From NCBI GenBank assembly GCA_963663235.2, contig CAXXNO010000004.1:64001-128000 (forward strand): a stretch of DNA of 64,000 nt. The letters run 5' to 3'. The notes beneath the pieces are model-generated. The model worked only from the letters and a program-made list of their open reading frames with translations. It was not told where the DNA came from and searched no databases. Shown one piece after another: positions 57,269 through 64,000 of the stretch. The position numbers were made by a program, and so were the translations under genes. Source of the DNA: Dehalococcoidia bacterium. GTDB taxonomy: Bacteria; Chloroflexota; Dehalococcoidia; Bin125. How positions within the stretch are numbered: the stretch's first letter is position 1; every line of letters starts with the position of its first letter.

Positions 57269-57345
57269 TGGCGCGCCCGGAGGGATTCGAACCCACGGCC
57301 TTCAGATCCGAAGTCTGACGCTCTAATCCACTGAGCTACGGGCGC
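57269..57345 (-). tRNA. tRNA-Arg(UCG)
   Basis: GCGCCCGTAGCTCAGTGGATTAGAGCG-TCAGA-CTTCGGA-TCTGA-AGGCCGTGGGTTCGAATCCCTCCGGGCGC-G-CCA; anticodon TCG. Confidence 0.93.
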
Positions 57346-57428
57346 TCACTCGAAGTCTAGCATCACCGGGTGTAGCGTGAGAGCGATCGTCGCCCGACGC
57401 GCGCCGGCCATCGCCGTGGGGAAAGCGC

Positions 57429-58781
57429 ATGCGCGATGCGATCCGCAGCACGCTCTGGGAGGTCGCGGCCCGGCTCGACGCCGCGGACGTGGACAGCGCG
57501 ACTCAGTATTTTCTGACCCTGCACCCTGCGGACCAGGCCGACATCCTCACCGAGCTGAGTGCGGAAGAGCGCGACGCGCTGATGGCCAGCCTGGATCCCG
57601 AACAGCTGGCCGCGCTGCTGGAGCACCTGACGCCCCAGGAGCGGGCTGACGTCACGCCTCACCTCGAAATCGGCTCGCTGGCAGCGGCGCTGGACGAGGC
57701 GCCGCCGGAGACCGCCGCGGACGTTCTGCATGACCTGGAGGAGGAGGAGGCCGCCGGGGTCCTAAACGCAATGGAGGAGGCCAGCGCCGTCGAGCCGCTA
57801 CTCGCGCATGAGGACGAGAGCGCCGGCGGCATTATGACGCCCAACGTCATCGCCTTGCGCCCAGAAATGACCGCCGGCGGAGCCATCACCTATCTGCGCA
57901 CAGTGCAGCCGGCGGCCGCCGATGCCTACTACCTCTACGTCGCCGATGAAGGCTCTCACCTGCTGGGCGTGCTCAACATCCGGGAGTTAATCACCGCCGC
58001 ACCCGAGCGGCGCCTGCGCGACCTCATGGACCCGAACGTCATCTCCACGACGACCGACACCGACCAGGAAGAGGTGCTCCAGACGCTCCAGCACTACAAC
58101 CTTCGCGCCATCCCCGTGGTGGACGAGGACGGGCGCCTGGCGGGCATGACGACCGGCGACAACCTGATCGACGTCGCGCAGCAGGAGGCGACAGAGGACA
58201 TGTTCCGGATGGTCGGGTTGACGGAACGGGAGTCGTTCATTGGGCCGGTGGTGCCATCGGTCCGGCGCCGCCTCCCGTGGCTCAGCCTCTATCTGGGGAC
58301 GGTCTTCGTGGCCGCCGCCACCATCTCCGCCTTCGAGGGCACGCTGACGCGCGCGCCGCTGATCGCGATCTTCTTGCCGGTCGTTGCCGGGCTGGGCGGC
58401 AACGCGGGGACGCAGACGCTGACCCTGGTGGTGCGAGCCATGGCCCTGGGCGAATACGACCGGCGCCACTGGCGACGCGTCCTGCCGCGCGAGATCGCGA
58501 TCGCACTACTGAACGGCGCGGCGCTGGGGCTGCTGGTGGCGCTGGTGGCCGGCGCCTGGCAGAGCAACGTGTTCCTCGGGGTAGCCATCGGGGTCGCGAT
58601 GGTGGGCAATCTGGTGATCGCCGGGTTGGCCGGCGTGCTGGTGCCGACGACCCTCCGCCTAGCGCGCGCGGACCCCGCCTTGGGGAGCGGGATCGTCGTC
58701 ACGGCCGTGACGGACGTGATGGGCTTCTTCTTCTATTTGGGCATGGCCGCGCTGCTGATCGAGCGGATCGCCCCCGACTAG
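57429..58781 (+). CDS. mgtE: Magnesium transporter MgtE
   Basis: HPAD, SAGGIM, CBS pair, RRLPWL, GGNAGTQ, ADPA, TDV.GF. Confidence 0.93.
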   Translation: MRDAIRSTLWEVAARLDAADVDSATQYFLTLHPADQADILTELSAEERDALMASLDPEQLAALLEHLTPQERADVTPHLEIGSLAAALDEAPPETAADVLHDLEEEEAAGVLNAMEEASAVEPLLAHEDESAGGIMTPNVIALRPEMTAGGAITYLRTVQPAAADAYYLYVADEGSHLLGVLNIRELITAAPERRLRDLMDPNVISTTTDTDQEEVLQTLQHYNLRAIPVVDEDGRLAGMTTGDNLIDVAQQEATEDMFRMVGLTERESFIGPVVPSVRRRLPWLSLYLGTVFVAAATISAFEGTLTRAPLIAIFLPVVAGLGGNAGTQTLTLVVRAMALGEYDRRHWRRVLPREIAIALLNGAALGLLVALVAGAWQSNVFLGVAIGVAMVGNLVIAGLAGVLVPTTLRLARADPALGSGIVVTAVTDVMGFFFYLGMAALLIERIAPD

Positions 58782-58796
58782 GCCAAGCTGGACCGG

Positions 58797-59333
58797 CTAG
58801 GGCAGGCTGCGTCCGCTCGGGGGCGGCGCTGGGATCTCTGGGGACGCCGCCAGCCGCTCTCGCGCGATGAGGAGAACTACGGCCTCTTCGTGCTCCTGTG
58901 CGATGCGCAACTCGCCCTCGAAGGCCGGGTTGTCGGCGTCCCGAAACGTGATGAAGTCTCTGAGCCGGATGCGGAAGTCAGTCTCAATGGACCACGGATC
59001 ACGGTCTAACGCCTCCCGATAGAAGTCGTAGATTGTGTCCGCGCTGGCGTCCGTCTCCCAGCCGACGATGAGCTCACGCATGGCATCGGTGTCCGTAAAT
59101 GCGGAGCCGAGCAGGGTGAGGCCGTCCGGAAGCGGGAAGTCCGGAGGCAGCGTGTCCACGAACAGCTCGATGCGGACATCGGCGGCAGCCGTGTCGTCCG
59201 GCTGCACGAGATAGTTGCGGAACAGCCGTTGGGCGGCGAGCCGATCTTCGTCGTCGGAGGTGTCGCAGGCCGCCAGAGCCAGACCGGCGACCGCCAGGAT
59301 CGCGGCGATGCCCCACCAGTGGACCCTTCCCAT
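58797..59333 (-). CDS. Hypothetical lipoprotein
   Basis: GAGGAGGAGG RBS, signal peptide with LAAC lipobox, LPPDFPLP motif. Confidence 0.7.
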   Translation of the reverse strand: MGRVHWWGIAAILAVAGLALAACDTSDDEDRLAAQRLFRNYLVQPDDTAAADVRIELFVDTLPPDFPLPDGLTLLGSAFTDTDAMRELIVGWETDASADTIYDFYREALDRDPWSIETDFRIRLRDFITFRDADNPAFEGELRIAQEHEEAVVLLIARERLAASPEIPAPPPSGRSLP

Positions 59334-59404
59334 CCCCTCCTCCTCCTCGTACCCCCAGGGCCGGACCCGCAGCGACGGCGCGGCGCAAGACCGGGCGAGG
59401 GTGA

Positions 59405-59482
59405 TGGGGTGGACGGTGGGATTCGAACCCACGAATACCAGGGCCACAACCTGGCGCCCTAGGCCTCTAGGCGACGCCCACC
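59405..59482 (-). tRNA. tRNA-His(GUG)
   Basis: G(-1)GTGGGCG...CCAGG-TTGTGGC-CCTGG...GTGGGTTCGAATCCCAC-CGTCCAC-C-CCA; G-1/C73 identity elements. Confidence 0.93.
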
Positions 59483-59547
59483 ACGCTGCCGTCCGTTTGC
59501 GGCAGGTCAAGGCTAGACACGGGTACGCACGCGGGTCAATTCACCAT

Positions 59548-61971
59548 TCAGGGTGCCGGTTGCCGCCAGACCTGACGGCCATCAACGCGCACCCAGAGGA
59601 CGGCCCGAGGCTGGAGTTCCGAGGCGAGCCCGGCAATGGGCAACTCCGGAAAAACCGTGTCAAATTGCTTCCTCTCCGGATTCCAGCGCAAGACCGTCAC
59701 CACGGAATCGACCAGCGCAAAGAGCGCCTCACCCGCAGACGTGGGCGGCCCCGTCCACGTCACGAAGTTGAGCCCCGTCTGGAGCGAGAGAATCCGGGCC
59801 GCGTTCGAGCCCGTCGGCTGGGCCCAGACCACGGCCTCTCCGGGCGTCAGCAGCACCCAGAGGGCGTCGCCGCGGTCGAGCGCGACGAGCGTGCTCACGA
59901 TAGGCAGGCCGGGCCGGTAGGCGTCCCATTCTTGGCGGGACGCGTCATAGCGGAACGCCGCGACGAGCCGCTCCCCAAGCGAGGCGAAGGCGGCGGCGGC
60001 CGCGCTCTGCGGGCCGAACCAACCGGTGGGCGTGAAGCCCGCAGCCAGCACGATGGGGCGCTCCGGGACGAAAGCCTCGGAGAACTCCGAGGTGTCCCCG
60101 CTGGCAGCGATGGCGATCGCGCTCAGCCCTCCGCCCGGCGGCAGGGGCACGGTGGTGGTCCAAGCTCCCGAGTTGTCGGCACGCGCTGCGCCGACGAACT
60201 CGCCGGGGGCGATGCGGTAGATCTCAACCAGCGCGCGCGGTGGGGCGGTGCCCGTCACCGCGGCGCTCGTTCCGCCCTGGACGACATCCAGGATCACCGG
60301 GGCGTTGAAGAGCCCGTTGGGGCCGGCATCGGCATCGTCGGGGTCGTTGGGGGTGAGCCCGTCGCCGCCCAGGTCGATGGCCGGTCCGTCGTTATCGAGA
60401 AAAGCATTGCGGGTGATGCGGTTGCGCTGGGTGTTCGCGTCCAGGACGACGACGCCCGCACCTACACTGGCCGCGATGCGGTTCTCTTCGATGATGGCGC
60501 CGGTGGTTCCGCGCCGGAGGGTGATCCCGACCCCGTTGCCGGAGGAGACATCGTCGGGACGCAGCCCAATGCGGTTGCCCCGAATCCGCACCTCCGCGAC
60601 GGTCACGACTTCGATCCCGCTCTGCTCCGAGGCCACGATCACGTTCCCCTCACCGCGCTCTCTCCCGCCGATCTCCACATCATCCGCGTCCATCACGCGG
60701 ATCCCGATGGTATTCGGCAGCGGTGTCGTCTCGTCGAGGCCGAGCCCGATCACGTTGCCGGTCACCCGCACGTCGCGAGTACTGAAGCCTTCGATCACGA
60801 TGGCCATGCTGCTGCCGACGATCCAGTTGCCCTCGCCGTCGGCGGGCCCTCCGATCTGGACATCGCGCGCGCCCGCCACCACGGAGATCCCGTCCTCCCG
60901 GTTGGGCACCGCCCGCCGGCCGCTCACGTCAAGCCCGATCCGGTTTCCCTGCACGGTGATTGCCTGCGCGCGCCGCTCGATGGCGATGCCCACGCGGTTG
61001 CCGGCGATGACATTGGCGGCGCCGGGGCCGCCGATAAAGACGCCGCGGGCATCGCCGTGGACGAAGACGCCAACGTCGTTGGGGACCGCCTCCGTCCCGC
61101 TCTCGTCCAAGCCGATCAGGTTGCCCTCAATCCGCAGAGCCAAGGCGCCGGTCTCGCGCACCTCGATCCCGGCCACGGCATTGCCACTGAGGACATTGCC
61201 CGCGTTGGGCTCGCTTCCGCCGACTGTCGCGTGGGCGTCATCGACGATCAGGATGCCGTCGTCATTGGGCAGCGCCTCACCATCGATGTCGAGGCCGATG
61301 ACGTTGCCGACGATCCGGGCGCCGACCGAGCCCGACCCGGCGACCAGCACTCCGTGGCCCGTGCGCTCGGGACCCGCGTTGCCGGCGATCCGGTTCCCAC
61401 AACCCGTGCAGTCATCGCCGATCCGGGCATCGCCTGCGCCCAGCAGCACCGCGATCCCGCCTATCCGGTTGGGCGCAGCGGTCCGCCCATCGAGCGCCAG
61501 GCCGACCCAGTTGGCGAGAAAGCTATTCCGATCGGCGGCATCGCCGATCGCCGCCAGACCGTAGCGCTCGAAGTTTCCTACGGCGAGGCCACGAATCTGC
61601 ACGTCGGGCGCGGATGAGACCAGCCCGCTGGCGGGCCCCGCATCGCGCCCATCGAGCATGATGCGCGGCCGCGAGGGATCACCGGGCTGCGACGTCCCAT
61701 CGATGATGGTTCCCGGATCGTCAATCGTCGGCAGCGGCGTTGACGGCGCGATGATCACGGGCCCGCTGCCGATGGCGAACCGGATGAGGTCCGGGCCGGA
61801 GTTCGCGTTGGAGGCGAGCAAGGCGTCGCGCAAGGTGCAGGTCTGGCCGCAGACGCCATCGCCGTCGTCGGACGCGGAGTTCACCGTCAGCACGCGCGAC
61901 TGCGCCGTGGCGGGGGGGGGCGGGACCAACGCCAGCGCCGCCAGGACGACCAAGAGAAGGACAGGCCTCAA
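59548..61971 (-). CDS. Secreted CSLREA-type beta-helix surface protein with two C-terminal repeat modules
   Basis: Signal peptide, TVNSASDD..CTLRDA, repeated GN.IG / N.I.GN, IDLG.DG.T.ND..D.D.GPN, GDTSEFS. Confidence 0.85.
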   Translation of the reverse strand: MRPVLLLVVLAALALVPPPPATAQSRVLTVNSASDDGDGVCGQTCTLRDALLASNANSGPDLIRFAIGSGPVIIAPSTPLPTIDDPGTIIDGTSQPGDPSRPRIMLDGRDAGPASGLVSSAPDVQIRGLAVGNFERYGLAAIGDAADRNSFLANWVGLALDGRTAAPNRIGGIAVLLGAGDARIGDDCTGCGNRIAGNAGPERTGHGVLVAGSGSVGARIVGNVIGLDIDGEALPNDDGILIVDDAHATVGGSEPNAGNVLSGNAVAGIEVRETGALALRIEGNLIGLDESGTEAVPNDVGVFVHGDARGVFIGGPGAANVIAGNRVGIAIERRAQAITVQGNRIGLDVSGRRAVPNREDGISVVAGARDVQIGGPADGEGNWIVGSSMAIVIEGFSTRDVRVTGNVIGLGLDETTPLPNTIGIRVMDADDVEIGGRERGEGNVIVASEQSGIEVVTVAEVRIRGNRIGLRPDDVSSGNGVGITLRRGTTGAIIEENRIAASVGAGVVVLDANTQRNRITRNAFLDNDGPAIDLGGDGLTPNDPDDADAGPNGLFNAPVILDVVQGGTSAAVTGTAPPRALVEIYRIAPGEFVGAARADNSGAWTTTVPLPPGGGLSAIAIAASGDTSEFSEAFVPERPIVLAAGFTPTGWFGPQSAAAAAFASLGERLVAAFRYDASRQEWDAYRPGLPIVSTLVALDRGDALWVLLTPGEAVVWAQPTGSNAARILSLQTGLNFVTWTGPPTSAGEALFALVDSVVTVLRWNPERKQFDTVFPELPIAGLASELQPRAVLWVRVDGRQVWRQPAP

Positions 61972-62170
61972 GCCGATCCCTTCGCCCCCGCCTCCCGGGC
62001 CACTCTATGGGGCACTTCGGCCAGGGGCCAGGCGCCCGCCCCAGTCTCAGGGAGATCACCGCTCCGTGATCAAGGCGTTGACGGCCGCTAATCCGGGGCG
62101 TCCCCGACCGCGGCGGTGGAGATGGGCGCGCAGGATGGAAGGAGGCGGGAGCCGACAGAACACCAGCAAC

Positions 62171-62858
62171 ATGGCAAATCCCCATCGACGGCGGCCGCAC
62201 GGGCCCGCAGCGGGTAGGGGCGTCCTGCGCGTCCTGCTCACCACTCTCGCCGTTGCCGTGCTTCTCGCGGTCAGCGGGGATCGTGTGGCGAGCCGAAGCG
62301 GCGCCCGCTCCTATCCTGCTCAGCGCCACCGCCAGCGACGCGTCCACAGGTGGCGCCGGCGTCCAGGCCGGCGATCAGGTGGTCGTTCGCTTCGACTCAT
62401 CGACGAACGCGGTGGCGATCACCGCCGCCAACATCGCTGCGGCCCTGCCGCTCAACAACGGGCATTCGTGGCTGGACGGGGCCGGCGCGATCGCAAGCGC
62501 GGTGTGGAGCACAACCACCTTCGCCAACGACACCCTGACGGTCACGCTCTCCGCCGGTACCGCGACACCGACGGTCGCCATCGCGGATACCGTCTCGACC
62601 GGCACGGTCATCGCCGACGTCAGCAGCGCGAATCCCGCCACCGGCACGGCGGCACTCGCCGGCTCCTTCGGCGTCGACAGGTTGACGGTAGCCGGCATCG
62701 ACCGGGCGCCGGCCTCGACAACCCTCGGCCGGCGACACGCCACCGTCGCCAACGGCGTGAAGGTCTACGACGACCTCAACGACGACGGTGTCCTCGACAC
62801 GGGAGAGCCGGCGCTCGGAAGCCGGAGGCGTCCCGGATGGTCCCAGCGGCGATGGTGA
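62171..62858 (+). pseudogene. Frameshifted, truncated secreted/surface protein gene
   Basis: MANPHRRR..LLTTLAVAVLLAVSG joins IVWRAEA-APAP.. if one G of GGGG 62276-62279 is removed; ends after YDDLNDDGVLDTGEP. Confidence 0.65.
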
Positions 62859-63050
62859 TCACGTCATCGGCCGCCACGGTGGGCGAGCCGCCGGCGGAAG
62901 CCGAGAGGGCGATATCGTGAGGTCCCTCACCGCGGCCCGGGCCGGCACGACCACCCTGTAGCGGCCGTCGCCCGACTCTAGGACGGTGTCGGCGCCGACC
63001 TGTGCCAGTGCCGTCGAGCCGCTCAGCGATGAGATGGAGGGCGTCGCGTC
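62815..63050 (-). pseudogene. Startless surface-protein fragments on the opposite strand
   Basis: DTVLESGDGRYRVVVPA.. then, out of frame, IALSASAGGSPTVAADDVITIAAGTIRDASG, which resembles VTLSAGTATPTVAIADTVSTGTVIADVSS of the + strand remnant. Confidence 0.5.
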
Positions 63051-64000
63051 AGCTCAGGGGCCACACGGTCGCCGTGCGGGCAAAGACCGATAATCGGTCG
63101 CCGGAGCGGATGGAGAAGTTGACCCCTAGAGCGAGCCCCGGGAAGTAGCCCTCCCAGCCCTGCTCGAGATCGAAGCGCCAGACCGCCACAATCGCCCCTG
63201 CGTGCGACTCTGTGGCCTGGCGCACGGAGATGGTGGCGCTGGGCCAGATCACGACATTCAGACCGGCGGAGAGCGCCAGGCCCTCCAGCGCCGTCGATTC
63301 CGGAAGCGCGACGCTGTCCTCTACCTCGGCGATGATGCCCAACACGACCGCGCGGACCGTCACACCAGCCCTAGAGCCCAGGAAGGTGAGCGTCGACTCC
63401 GCGACGCCGTCCCGTACCTCGGCGACGGAGGGGTCAAACGCCGCCTCCGCGTCGTCTGGGAGGCCTGAGGCGCTGTAGCGGACACGGATGCCGTCGGGCA
63501 CGTCGAAGCCGTCGGCGTCGGTCACGGTCGCGCGCAGGCGAAAGAGCCCAGGCCCGGCCGGCTCGACCGCCAAGGAGATGGCGGCCGCAGGGCCGGCCAC
63601 GCGCACCACGGCGCTGGCTTCCAGCCCGTTCACCCGCACCGTGACGGTGACCGGTCCGGCTTGTTCGGCGTCCGCCGCCGACAGGTGCCCGCTCGCGCGG
63701 CCGCCGGAGTCGGTCGTTGGGGACTCGCCGGCGCCGCTGTGGACCACGGCCACGCCGGGGACGTCCGTGCTGAAGTCCACGCGGACTCGGGGCACAGGGC
63801 GGCCACCGTCGTCAAGGAGGATGGCGACCAACGTGCTTTCGCCCGCCGCGATGGGGTCATCGCCGAGGCTGATGCTGGAGCGCAGCAGGAGCAGTTCCAG
63901 GTTGGCGGGGGGGCCGTGGATGGTGACGTCGATGGCCGCCGACACCTCACCCGCGGTGGCGCGAATGGTCACGGCGCCGGGCTCCGCTTCCAAAAAGGCG
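63049..64000 (-). CDS. Ig-like-domain surface protein, C-terminal part; starts beyond the window
   Basis: Frame open to the window end; Big-like motifs (D.GG.PV...V.F, TD..G.A, V.D.DG..VPDG) and the shared C-terminal module. Confidence 0.75.
   Translation of the reverse strand, partial: AFLEAEPGAVTIRATAGEVSAAIDVTIHGPPANLELLLLRSSISLGDDPIAAGESTLVAILLDDGGRPVPRVRVDFSTDVPGVAVVHSGAGESPTTDSGGRASGHLSAADAEQAGPVTVTVRVNGLEASAVVRVAGPAAAISLAVEPAGPGLFRLRATVTDADGFDVPDGIRVRYSASGLPDDAEAAFDPSVAEVRDGVAESTLTFLGSRAGVTVRAVVLGIIAEVEDSVALPESTALEGLALSAGLNVVIWPSATISVRQATESHAGAIVAVWRFDLEQGWEGYFPGLALGVNFSIRSGDRLSVFARTATVWPLS

Noticed and set aside
57269-59482. tRNA genes as island integration sites
   Set aside because: No integrase and no duplicated tRNA 3' end seen; mgtE and a lipoprotein lie between them
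59215-61617. 800-aa + strand ORF and many other long antisense ORFs (e.g. 14088-15392, 25275-26531, 38876-40237)
   Set aside because: Shadows of well-supported genes on the opposite strand in GC-rich DNA; Arg/Gly/Pro-rich with no motifs; this one also overlaps tRNA-His
62054-62071. Inverted repeat GATCAC-N6-GTGATC upstream of the surface genes
   Set aside because: Single short instance, opposite in orientation to a CRP site; not enough to call an operator
1-64000. CRISPR arrays, rRNA, IS elements, prophage or defence genes
   Set aside because: No regularly spaced repeats and no transposase, phage or nuclease motifs seen by eye

Overview
GC-rich bacterial chromosomal DNA; gene content suggests Chloroflexota/Dehalococcoidia (inference only). 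Bases 1-26.5 kb form a large catabolic cluster with no match to a pathway I recognise. It encodes a luciferase-like oxidoreductase, four tandem BaiE/LinA-like NTF2-fold proteins, four family III CoA-transferases plus a collapsed fifth copy, two SDRs and an SCP2-type thiolase. It also encodes a 4-hydroxybutyryl-CoA-dehydratase-like flavoprotein lacking the Fe-S cysteines, a hydantoinase/acetophenone-carboxylase-like B-B'-A-orphan module, an enoyl-CoA hydratase and an Fe-ADH. Its Opp-type ABC importer has no binding-protein gene and one composite ATPase site is degenerate. The remainder is mixed housekeeping and accessory DNA: a UGA-recoded (selenocysteine) selD with a SECIS-like hairpin, lhgO, recF, an HU-like gene, an AAA+/VWA pair, a two-component system, rpsU, mgtE, tRNA-Arg(UCG), tRNA-His and surface-protein genes sharing a C-terminal module. 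Several intergenic gaps hold short collapsed gene remnants. I saw no CRISPR array, rRNA, transposase or integrase. All family calls come from motif recognition by eye, not database searches.
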